NCBI GenBank assembly: GCA_965208575.1
Contig: CBDBOV010000006.1
Location: 960,001 to 1,024,000 of the forward strand
Direction of reading: 5' to 3'
DNA length: 64,000 nt
Source of the DNA: Spirochaetia bacterium
GTDB lineage: Bacteria > Spirochaetota > Spirochaetia > SZUA-6 > Bin103
Shown here one piece after another: positions 1 to 8,327 of this stretch (position 1 is its first letter; each line of letters opens with the position of its first letter). A model generated the notes under the pieces. It made no database searches. It saw only the letters and a list, made by a program, of their open reading frames with translations, and was not told the DNA's origin. A program made the position numbers and the translations under genes.

Positions 1-160
1 CAGACTGTACACGACAATCGTCTGGCACAGGCCCGGCCACAGCGCCAGCCACGGCGCCTGCTGCATGTACTCGCGCCCTTCCCGGCTGAGCATGGCACCC
101 CAGCTGGGAACGCCCACTGGCAGACCGAATCCGAGTAAGCTCAGAGACGCCTCGGCTACC
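1..160 (-). pseudogene. C-terminal fragment of DppC-type ABC permease
   Basis: Minus strand reads VAEASLSLLGFGLPVGVPSWGAMLSREGREYMQQAPWLALWPGLCQTIVVYSL, matching the dppC C-termini in this window; similarity stops near 160. Confidence 0.75.
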
Positions 161-460
161 CTGTGCACAGCGGCTGTGCTCTGGACAGCTTGGGGCGCGT
201 CCGGAGTCACCACCCATCACGCTCACCAGCGACGGGTCATGCAACACCGTGGCACGGTGACGGGGGCTACCATTGTGCTGATGTCGCGGGCGCGCCGCTG
301 AGTTCCGTTGGTCTTGATGGTCACGACTGGATAGCACACAACTACTCCGTTTGCTCGAGGCATGCAAGGGGTTGGGCGGTTGGGCCGCGCGCCCTGTGCG
401 AGGCGCCACGCCCTGGCGGACTTGATCGACCAGATCGGGTCGGATATGGTCCGGATCAGA

Positions 461-1513
461 ATGGCACCAGTACAGAAGGGCGGCACCGTCGCAGTTACCG
501 GCGCTGCCGGCTTCATCGGCGGCTGGGTGGTGCGGCGGCTGCTGGACAAGGGGTACCGCGTGCGCGCCTGCGTGCGCGACGCCGATGACTCGACTCGCAC
601 TACGTTCCTGCGACAGATGCCCGGCTACGCGTCGGGCCGACTCTCAATCCACAGCGCCGACTTGGACCAGCCTGGCTGTTTCGACCAGGCCTTCGCCGGC
701 TGCTACGGCGTGTGTCACGTGTCGCACGTCAGCAAGTACGACGACATGGACTACGTCCGGATGGTGTGCGATCACACCATCGCCAGCATCGACAAGTCCG
801 GGAGCGTTGGCCGGGTGATTGTCACCTCCAGCCTGGCCGCCGTGTCGGCCGAGGTGGACCGGCGGGAGCTGGCGCCGCGTCCGGTACTTTACGAGGACCG
901 CTACCCGAACGAGCAGCAACCCGACTGGACGGCCAAGCGCGCCGGCTACGCGATGGGCAAGCTCATCGCCGAGCGCTCGTTCGCCCAGGCCGCCGAGCGC
1001 AGCGGCAGTTGGGAGTCGATCGCGTGCCTGCCCGCCGACAACGTCGGCCCGATACAGTCCGCGCACCAGAAGGACATGGGGCCGTGGCAGCACCGTATCG
1101 AGATGATGCTGTTGGGTGAGTATCCGCAGACCGAGGATTATCGGCCGTGGATGCCGGTCGACGTGCGCGACACCGCCGACTGCCACATCGGCCTGCTCGA
1201 GAGCGTGCAGGTGCGCAGCGGCGAGCGTTACCTGGCGTGGGCAGCCGAGATGCACAAGGTGGAAGCGATCGACCGCCGAATCGGCGAGCTGCTGCCGGAG
1301 CTGGGGCGCACCGAAGCTTCGGTCGCCGACAAACAGTCTGAGGAAACGAAGGCGCGGGAGGCGGAGCTGCGAGCGATCTGGGCCGGCTGCGACCTGCGCA
1401 ACGACCGCGTTCGCGCCGTCACCGGCGTCGAGTTTCGGCCGTTCGATGAGTCGCTGCGCGACTGCGTCGAGTCGCTGCTGGCGGTTGCGAACGTGCAGCC
1501 GCGGCGGGCGTAA
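461..1513 (+). CDS. NAD-dependent epimerase/dehydratase (extended SDR, DFR/aldehyde reductase-like)
   Basis: VAVTGAAGFIGGW Rossmann motif, TSS and YAMGK (YxxxK), VDVRD; ATG at 461 chosen. Confidence 0.85.
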   Translation: MAPVQKGGTVAVTGAAGFIGGWVVRRLLDKGYRVRACVRDADDSTRTTFLRQMPGYASGRLSIHSADLDQPGCFDQAFAGCYGVCHVSHVSKYDDMDYVRMVCDHTIASIDKSGSVGRVIVTSSLAAVSAEVDRRELAPRPVLYEDRYPNEQQPDWTAKRAGYAMGKLIAERSFAQAAERSGSWESIACLPADNVGPIQSAHQKDMGPWQHRIEMMLLGEYPQTEDYRPWMPVDVRDTADCHIGLLESVQVRSGERYLAWAAEMHKVEAIDRRIGELLPELGRTEASVADKQSEETKAREAELRAIWAGCDLRNDRVRAVTGVEFRPFDESLRDCVESLLAVANVQPRRA

Positions 1514-1701
1514 CCCGAGCGCGAGACAGGACGACCGTTACACTGACTCTGCTACGCCTCATCACGTGCTGGTCAACCTGAGCGCACCGCTAGAGTGACG
1601 GTTGGCCGGTGGTGCCGGCGCGGATCGTGGTGGCGTGAGTGGTAGCGCTGCCACGTCGTGCCGGCGCTTCATCGGCCGCGGCTGGCGAGCGACAAATGGA
1701 A

Positions 1702-3249
1702 TTACAACATTCCTAGCTCCGGTGGTGTCCATTGCGTGTCCAAATCCAACGGCCAAACCGGTCGAGGGAGCCCTTTCCAGGAGAAGCGTGCCAGCACTGG
1801 CGACGTCAACCCCGCCGCATCGACTTCGAGAATCTGCTCGTGGCGATAATACTCATCAAAACCGGCACGAAAATGGCCACGAGATTTGATTGTCAAGGAA
1901 CGGAAACATCCGATGTCCAGAGAAAAACTCTCGAAAAAAGCAGGATCGGCACACTGCACCCGACGAGAACAGACAATCATGGTCAATCCTCCGCAGCGCA
2001 CCAACGCTGCACGGCCAAGTTTCGCTGTGCGTCCCCGATAAATCCCTCGTCTCCCAACAATGTTGCCATCGGACAGCCCCAGCACCTCTATTTCAGCCGG
2101 AACGGCTCGTCCCTGAGTGTCCGCGTTGGTTGCATTGAAAACGACCGGCAATCGTGCTCCGACCCCCGCCTCGTGGCAACGGGCGGCGACAACAGGGTCA
2201 ACGAAATTCCCGTACAGTGCATGTTGCACATTGGCCGCCAACAAACCTTCCAGAATATCCGTGGTGTTGCCGCGGCCTCCCCCACCTGGATTGTCAGCCA
2301 CATCGGCCAGACAAACCGTTGGCCCTCCAGGGCTCTGTCCGGCCTCTACTGCCCGCCGGATCGCTTCCTCAAGAGGAGTCAGGTGGAAACGAAAACGTTC
2401 CCGATCCGCCCACGCCATTTCTGCCAGTTTCAGGGCTAACTGTTTCGGTTTGCGGCCGGAACCATAGGTCAGGATGGTCAAGCAATTCTCCGGAGTATCG
2501 CCAAAAGCAAAACCGCCGACTACTGAAACCAACGGCAACTCCGGGCTGATCCAGCGTTGGCCTTCTGCAATCATATCCGCATAAGCGCCGTGAGCGGTGA
2601 GCAGCGTCACTGACGGAGGAGTGATCGGCATTCGAATCCAGGTTTTCTCCAGTCTTTCTCCGGAGAGCAACCGGCGCAGCAAATGAGCAGCTTCGGCAGC
2701 CCGCTCTCTTGCATCGACATGCGGATTGGTCCGGTAGGAAATTATCGCATCCACACTATGCACCATCCGCTCCGAGATGTTGGCGTGCAGATCGACTGTG
2801 GCGATCACCGGTTTGTTCATGCCCACAGCGTCACGGGCCAGCGCGTAAATTTCCCCATCTGGATCCGTTCCTCCGGTCGCTGTCATGGCCCCGTGATTGC
2901 TCACAAAAATCCCATCTAATGGCCCTGCCTCAGTCAGCATTGCCCGCATCCGAGCCATGCATTCATCCACAAAAGATTGCTCTGCCGGTCCTCCAGGTTC
3001 TGCACCAGCGATCACAATCGGCACTGGCTCCCAGGCACCGGCAGCGCTCATCGCTTCGATAAAGCCAGGAATTTCCGCAGGCATTGCCGGTGCCGATTTG
3101 GCTGCCTCTACCAATATTGCTTTGCCCTCCAGATAACCAAAATCCTTTTCTGTGGTCACCGGCGCGAAGGCGTTGCTCTCCAGATGCATCCCCAGCATCG
3201 CAATCCGGGGTTTCTCAACACTCATAAGCTCTGCGCTGACTGTCGTCAT
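1702..3249 (-). CDS. M81 family metallopeptidase (MlrC-like)
   Basis: HLESNAF, NHGAM, DLHAN, YRTNPHVD, DVADNPGGG, KSRGHFRA motifs; GGAGG RBS. Confidence 0.88.
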   Translation of the reverse strand: MTTVSAELMSVEKPRIAMLGMHLESNAFAPVTTEKDFGYLEGKAILVEAAKSAPAMPAEIPGFIEAMSAAGAWEPVPIVIAGAEPGGPAEQSFVDECMARMRAMLTEAGPLDGIFVSNHGAMTATGGTDPDGEIYALARDAVGMNKPVIATVDLHANISERMVHSVDAIISYRTNPHVDARERAAEAAHLLRRLLSGERLEKTWIRMPITPPSVTLLTAHGAYADMIAEGQRWISPELPLVSVVGGFAFGDTPENCLTILTYGSGRKPKQLALKLAEMAWADRERFRFHLTPLEEAIRRAVEAGQSPGGPTVCLADVADNPGGGGRGNTTDILEGLLAANVQHALYGNFVDPVVAARCHEAGVGARLPVVFNATNADTQGRAVPAEIEVLGLSDGNIVGRRGIYRGRTAKLGRAALVRCGGLTMIVCSRRVQCADPAFFESFSLDIGCFRSLTIKSRGHFRAGFDEYYRHEQILEVDAAGLTSPVLARFSWKGLPRPVWPLDLDTQWTPPELGML

Positions 3250-3369
3250 GTCCCTCCATCACCGATCCGTCGAACCTAAGCGAGACACGCTATCATAGGA
3301 GGCCGCGCCGCGCGCCCCCTCGTGCTGATCAGTCACGACCCCGCTGCACCTTACACAGCCCGGCGCTGG

Positions 3370-3490
3370 TTGACCTGGTCGGACGCGTTCCGGGCGCGCC
3401 TCTGGAGTTGCCAACGGCGCATGCACACCCGTGGCGGCAGGGAGGCTGCCGCGGGTGGAGGTCACCGGGCATCCGGCGTGACATTGCGGG
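3370..3490 (+). repeat. Dispersed ~120-bp repeat, copy 1 (inverted copy at ~7985-8108)
   Basis: Blocks ACCTGGTCGG.CGCGTTCCGGGCGCGCCTC.GGAGTTGCCAACGG and GGAGGTCACCG...GGCGTGACA are shared with the reverse complement of 7985-8108. Confidence 0.7.
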
Positions 3491-3531
3491 GCTCCGGGTC
3501 GGCGCCGTGAACTTCGTTCGCGCACACTCGC

Positions 3532-3558
3532 GGGTCCACGGGGTCCACGGGGTCCACG
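3532..3558. repeat. 9-bp tandem repeat GGGTCCACG x3
   Basis: Read directly; lies just upstream of TTGACA at 3581. Confidence 0.85.
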
Positions 3559-3631
3559 GGAGAAAGGCCGGAGTCCGCGCTTGACATGGTCAGGCGAGCC
3601 TGTGACGATAGGGAGTTCGGGGATTGAACGG

Positions 3632-3751
3632 ATGCCGACGAAGCGCCATGATGACAGCCAGCGCAGGGGCCGGTTGGCGGTGACGCGACCGGTGAATCAT
3701 CCCCCCCCCCCTTACCTTACGAGCCGAGCAACAACTAACCGCCCCGGCTGA
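3632..3751 (+). CDS. Putative leader peptide MPTKRHDDSQRRGRLAVTRPVNHPPPPY... (39 aa)
   Basis: Homologous to blocks at 14792(-), 21679(-), 24949(+) with synonymous changes; GGGGA 8 nt before ATG; downstream of TTGACA 3581. Confidence 0.5.
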   Translation: MPTKRHDDSQRRGRLAVTRPVNHPPPPYLTSRATTNRPG

Positions 3752-3945
3752 TCGCTCCGTACGCGACCCCGCGCACGCCGTCGCCTTCACCACCGCCGTA
3801 GCTATCGCTATCGGTGGCGCCGGCTCGGTCCATCGCCGAACCGGCATGCGGACCGCCCGCGCCCTTCCCGCCGACCGCAACCGTCCCGGATCGCCGCCCG
3901 CGACTGTCTACCGACGAGATCCACCGCGAAGGCGGTTCAACATGG

Positions 3946-4058
3946 TACTCAAAGAGCCGTAGGCGCGCGCGGCGTGAGCCGGGGCGAACCCGGATGAGTC
4001 ACACGCCGCGCGCTCTCAGGAACTTGACTCGGACTGGTCGCCCGCGTTGCGGGCGCGA
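3946..4058 (+). promoter_or_regulatory. Conserved 5' leader hairpin before SBP gene
   Basis: GCGCGCGGCGTG..CCGGG-GCGAA-CCCGG..CACGCCGCGCGC; homologous block at ~21156-21270 (-). Confidence 0.55.
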
Positions 4059-4083
4059 ATAGAGATCGACACAGGAGCTATGT

Positions 4084-5904
4084 ATGCAGATTGTACAATT
4101 CACAAGGACCTTCGCGGTTGCGTTGGTCCTGATTCTGACCGCAACCGGCCTCTGGGCCGCTGCCGCAGAAGAGGAGCAGGCAGCCGCTGCCGACAAGAAG
4201 TACGTGACCGACCCCACCACCGGCAAGGTGGTGGTGGCGCCGCAGTATGGCGGGACATTGACCTTCGTCATGAAGGTGGAGCCTCCGAGTGCTGACCCCG
4301 CGTTCGGCGCTGGGTCGTCAAGGGGCGCCGATGGTGTTGCAGAGAAGCTAGGCATCATGAACTGGGGACTAGATAGGGACGAATGGGACTTCACAAGTTT
4401 CTCCTTCCCTTTCTCTGTCTATAAAGGTCACCTGGCGGAAAGCTGGGAAATGCCCGACGACACAACCATCATCTTCCACATCCGCCAGGGCGTTCACTGG
4501 CATGATAAGGCACCGATGAACGGTCGGGAGCTAGATGCATACGACGTCGAATACAACTATCACCGCTATTTGGGTCTGGGCAGCGGCTTCACCGAACCGC
4601 CTGAAGGCTACGCTGGCTCACTCAAAGGCATGACAATATTCGAATCGGTAGAAGCCACCGACAAATGGACGGTTGTTGTTAAGCTGAAGCGGCCACAGGT
4701 CGCGGGGTCGGTGACTCAGACTACCATCGGCGACTGGCCTGTTTTTATGATGCCCCCTGAGGTAATCAAGGAACACGGCCACGTTAAGGATTGGAGGAAT
4801 CTGGTCGGCACCGGGCCCTATATGCTGACTGACTGGCTCGACGGCAGCTCTATGACCTGGGAAAAGAATCCTGACTACTGGGGCTTCGACGAAAAATATC
4901 CGGACAACCGCCTACCCTATATTGACCAGTTAAGGGGCCTGATTATGACAGAAGCCGCAACAATTCTGGCGACACTGCGCACGGGTAAGGCTGATTACGT
5001 AGGTCTCGCTGGCGCCGCTGAATCCGTCTATATCAAGGACCGAGAAAGCCTCAGCCGGACCAACCCCGAAATCGAATGGTACCCGTGGGCGTATAGGTCG
5101 GAAAGTTCTTTTGGTTTCAACATGGGCGGAGGCGAGGCGAGACCGCCCTTTGACGACGTCAGGGTGCGCCAGGCAATGCAGATGGCACTGGACCTTGAGA
5201 CGATTAACAATACCTTCTTTAGGGGTTTTGCCAAGTGGCAGCCTCGGGGCATGATAGGGGATGGCGTCAAAGGGTATAACACCCCATTTGAAGAGTGGCC
5301 CGAAGAGGTCAAGAAAGCCTATATGTATGACCCGGAAGGGGCAGAGGCGTTGCTTGATGAGGCTGGCTATCCGCGTGGCCCGGACGGCACGAGATTTAAG
5401 GTCGCCCTGGGACACTACGAGTTCTTCAGTTTAGACTATACACAATTAGCTGCCGCCTACTGGGCTGACATTGGCGTTCATGTCGACACTACCGTAAGGG
5501 ACCGAAGTGCTCATATTGCTGCTGAACGTGAACATACTTACGGAGATATGGTCACTGCGATTGCTGGCAACGACCCTTATGGCCCTCTCCTCCCGCTTGA
5601 ATGGTATTACTCAGGAGGCTACAGGAACCCCGCGAATCTCAACGATCCCGAATACGACCTCCTGTATGAAGCAGCCCGAGACGCTACCACCCTTGAGGAG
5701 CAGCAGAGGGCGGTTAAAGAGGCGGATATGTGGCTTATAAAGAACCACTTGTATGTATGGGGTCCTATAGATCCAAGGTTTGTCGCCATCCAGCCGTGGC
5801 TCATAGGCTATAACGGTGAATTAATGTTAGGACGGGATGACCGTAAGGCCTTGTTCGCCCGGCTCTGGATTGATAGTGCGCTGAAGAGAGAAATGGGCTT
5901 CTGA
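4084..5904 (+). CDS. ABC transporter family-5 solute-binding protein (Dpp/Opp-like), cassette 1
   Basis: Signal peptide, PQYGGT, LAESWE, IRQGVHWH, GTGPY, NPDYW, PFDDVRVRQAM, YDPEGAEALLDEAG; AGGAG RBS. Confidence 0.92.
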   Translation: MQIVQFTRTFAVALVLILTATGLWAAAAEEEQAAAADKKYVTDPTTGKVVVAPQYGGTLTFVMKVEPPSADPAFGAGSSRGADGVAEKLGIMNWGLDRDEWDFTSFSFPFSVYKGHLAESWEMPDDTTIIFHIRQGVHWHDKAPMNGRELDAYDVEYNYHRYLGLGSGFTEPPEGYAGSLKGMTIFESVEATDKWTVVVKLKRPQVAGSVTQTTIGDWPVFMMPPEVIKEHGHVKDWRNLVGTGPYMLTDWLDGSSMTWEKNPDYWGFDEKYPDNRLPYIDQLRGLIMTEAATILATLRTGKADYVGLAGAAESVYIKDRESLSRTNPEIEWYPWAYRSESSFGFNMGGGEARPPFDDVRVRQAMQMALDLETINNTFFRGFAKWQPRGMIGDGVKGYNTPFEEWPEEVKKAYMYDPEGAEALLDEAGYPRGPDGTRFKVALGHYEFFSLDYTQLAAAYWADIGVHVDTTVRDRSAHIAAEREHTYGDMVTAIAGNDPYGPLLPLEWYYSGGYRNPANLNDPEYDLLYEAARDATTLEEQQRAVKEADMWLIKNHLYVWGPIDPRFVAIQPWLIGYNGELMLGRDDRKALFARLWIDSALKREMGF

Positions 5905-5954
5905 GCCAACGGCTTCGCCGTCGGCTCAAGGAGTCGCTGCGGGACTCCACCCTT

Positions 5955-5997
5955 GGGCGCCGGGAGCGCCGCTTCCGAGCACCGCTTCCCGGCGCCC
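5955..5997 (+). terminator. Intercistronic stem-loop between SBP and dppB
   Basis: GGGCGCCGGGA ... TCCCGGCGCCC followed by GTTT; homologous hairpins at 19219 and 27308. Confidence 0.6.
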
Positions 5998-6012
5998 GTT
6001 TACCACGAAGAT

Positions 6013-7008
6013 ATGCGGGCCTACATCATCCGGCGGTTACTGCTGATCGTCCCGACCCTGTTCATCTTGAGTATCCTGGTCTTTCTCTCGGTGCGCTTCA
6101 TCCCCGGCGATGTAATAGACACAATCGTGGCTAAGACCGAATTCTTTGGTGCGGTAGACCGTGAAGCTCTCGTCCGTATGCTGGGATTAGACGTGCCTGT
6201 CTACGTGCAGTATGGACGCTGGATAGGAGTGTTGCCGACCCCTGACTGGGTTATCGGTGAGTCCCACTTTAACGGTCTCCTCCAGGGTACCCTTGGCAAC
6301 TCACTGCTTGCCGGCTGGACGGTAGAGGAGAAGATATTAGGTAGATTGCCGGTAACCATTGAGCTTGGCATATTGTCGATCGTGATCGGGCTAGTGATAG
6401 CCCTGCCGGTCGGCATCTACTCGGCGATTCGCCAGGATACGGCCGCCGACTACGCGGGGCGCTCCATCGCCGTCATCGGCCTGGCAACGCCTAACTTCTG
6501 GCTCGCACTTATGGTCATGATATACCCGGCAATCTGGTGGGGCTGGGCACCGCCGGTGGAGCTGATTTCTTTCACGGAAGACCCGCTGGGGAATCTCGGG
6601 GTGTTCATCATTCCCAGCCTGATTCTGGGGACGGCCTCGTCTGCAGCCACCATGCGGATGATGCGCACCATGATGCTGGAGGTGCTCAGGCAAGACTATA
6701 TCAGGACGGCCTGGTCCAAGGGTCTCAAGGAGAGGGTGGTTGTTATGAGACACGCCATCAAAAATGCCCTCATCCCGGTCGTGTCCCTGATCGGCCTGCA
6801 GTTGCCTATCCTGATAGGCGGCGCCGTTATCATAGAGAACATATTCAACCTGCCGGGGCTAGGTCGTCTCATGGTGACTGCACTCGTTGACAGAGACTAC
6901 CCGGTGGTCTCCGGAATAAATCTGTTTTTCGCCACCGCGGTCGTGGGGATCAATCTAATGATCGACATGATCTATCCTTATTTAGACCCCAGGGTCCGCT
7001 ATACATAA
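6013..7008 (+). CDS. dppB: ABC permease DppB/OppB family
   Basis: MRAYIIRRLL, PGD, RLPVTIELG, ATPNFW, QDYIRTAWSKG EAA loop, RDYPVV, DPRVRY. Confidence 0.92.
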   Translation: MRAYIIRRLLLIVPTLFILSILVFLSVRFIPGDVIDTIVAKTEFFGAVDREALVRMLGLDVPVYVQYGRWIGVLPTPDWVIGESHFNGLLQGTLGNSLLAGWTVEEKILGRLPVTIELGILSIVIGLVIALPVGIYSAIRQDTAADYAGRSIAVIGLATPNFWLALMVMIYPAIWWGWAPPVELISFTEDPLGNLGVFIIPSLILGTASSAATMRMMRTMMLEVLRQDYIRTAWSKGLKERVVVMRHAIKNALIPVVSLIGLQLPILIGGAVIIENIFNLPGLGRLMVTALVDRDYPVVSGINLFFATAVVGINLMIDMIYPYLDPRVRYT

Positions 7009-7025
7009 GGGGGGAAAACGGGAAC

Positions 7026-7958
7026 ATGAGCGACGCCATAGGGACGCCATCAGCAGTAAGTCAACCAAAGAGACGTAGCCGGATGGCTGATTTCTTTGTC
7101 AGGCTGGCTACGGAGAAGCCACTCGGTACTATCAGCGGGATTATCGTATTGCTATTGATTCTGGTGACGATCTTCGCCGATGTTCTGGCTCCTTACTCCT
7201 ATGATGAAGTGCACCTGGCAGACATACTGAAAGCTCCATCAGCCCAGTATCTGCTGGGTACCGACGGGTTGGGGCGAGACCTCTTGAGCCGCCTTAGCTA
7301 CGGGGCTCGAATTTCGTTAACCGTCGGTCTGGCGGCGACCGCGCTCAATGTCGTGGTGGCTGTCCTGATAGGCGGCACTTCGGGGTTCCTGGGTGGTAAA
7401 TTCGACCTGATTGTGCAGAGATTTGTCGATGCCTGGATGGCTTTCCCGGGACTGCTCCTGTTGTTGACCATCATGTCTATCGTGGGCCCGGGGCTCCTCC
7501 AGATCATCGTGGTGCTGGGGATCGCCGGAGGCGTTGGGGGCTCCAGAGTCATCCGCAGCGCCGTAATTGGGGTCAAAGAGAATGCGTATTTTCAGGCCGC
7601 GGAGGCGATTGGCAGTCTCAAGCTGGGAATACTGGTCCGCCATGTCCTTCCCAACATCATGGCGCCGATCATCATCATCTTCAGCATCAACATCGGCGGC
7701 GTCATCATCGCCGAGGCGTCGTTGAGCTTTCTCGGATTCGGACTACCGCCGAACGTTCCTAGCTGGGGTGGTATGCTCAGCCGGGAAGGCCGCCACTACA
7801 TGGAGCAGGCGCCTTGGCTGGCTCTCTGGCCCGGTCTCTGCCTGACGCTGACCGTCTACAGTCTGAACATGTTCGGCGACGCGGTGAGGGACCTGCTCGA
7901 CCCGCGGCTGCGCGGTGGTGGAGGGCGTCTCGGTGCCGATGCCGCCAGGTCGGTTTAG
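7026..7958 (+). CDS. dppC: ABC permease DppC/OppC family
   Basis: LLGTDGLGRDLLSR, GARISL, RHVLPN, EASLSFLGFG, PSWG, GDAVRDLLDPR. Confidence 0.92.
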   Translation: MSDAIGTPSAVSQPKRRSRMADFFVRLATEKPLGTISGIIVLLLILVTIFADVLAPYSYDEVHLADILKAPSAQYLLGTDGLGRDLLSRLSYGARISLTVGLAATALNVVVAVLIGGTSGFLGGKFDLIVQRFVDAWMAFPGLLLLLTIMSIVGPGLLQIIVVLGIAGGVGGSRVIRSAVIGVKENAYFQAAEAIGSLKLGILVRHVLPNIMAPIIIIFSINIGGVIIAEASLSFLGFGLPPNVPSWGGMLSREGRHYMEQAPWLALWPGLCLTLTVYSLNMFGDAVRDLLDPRLRGGGGRLGADAARSV

Positions 7959-7984
7959 GAGAGCCATCATGCGGCTCCCCACCC

Positions 7985-8108
7985 GGTGTCACGCCCGAGG
8001 AACGGTGACCTCCTCCCGTGCATGTAGCCCCCAGACCGCGACAGGCCGTCGTGGGCTGGGAGCCCGTTGGCAACTCCGGAGGCGCGCCCGGAACGCGGCC
8101 GACCAGGT
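7985..8108 (-). repeat. Dispersed ~120-bp repeat, copy 2
   Basis: Reverse-complement homolog of 3370-3490; fused directly to a dppC fragment. Confidence 0.7.
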
Positions 8109-8195
8109 GGACATGATCGTCAGCAACAGCAGCAACCCCGGGAACGACATCCAGGCATCGACGAATCTCTGCACCAGGAGGTCCAGTTTCCCGAT
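8109..8195 (-). pseudogene. Internal dppC fragment
   Basis: GKLDLLVQRFVDAWMSFPGLLLLLTIMS, as in intact dppC paralogs. Confidence 0.8.
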
Positions 8196-8225
8196 GCTGC
8201 ATCGCAGGTTGTAGGTAGGTTGCAG

Positions 8226-8258
8226 TTGTTTGACGTGAACAAACAATTGCCGTAAATT
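8226..8258 (+). promoter_or_regulatory. Sigma70 promoter of abiE with overlapping inverted repeat
   Basis: TTGACG(8230)-17 nt-TAAATT(8253); TTGTTT-N9-AAACAA palindrome over the -35. Confidence 0.6.
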
Positions 8259-8327
8259 ATCTATTGCGTTCCACGTGCTACCAGAGTGAGTACGGTGTAA
8301 GAGTTCGTCAACAGCAAGCATGGCAAG

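Noticed and set aside
1702-3249. Microcystin degradation cluster
   Set aside because: Only an MlrC-family peptidase; no mlrA/B/D, and the family is widespread
3946-4058. T-box riboswitch
   Set aside because: No downstream GGTGGNACC antiterminator or clear specifier loop
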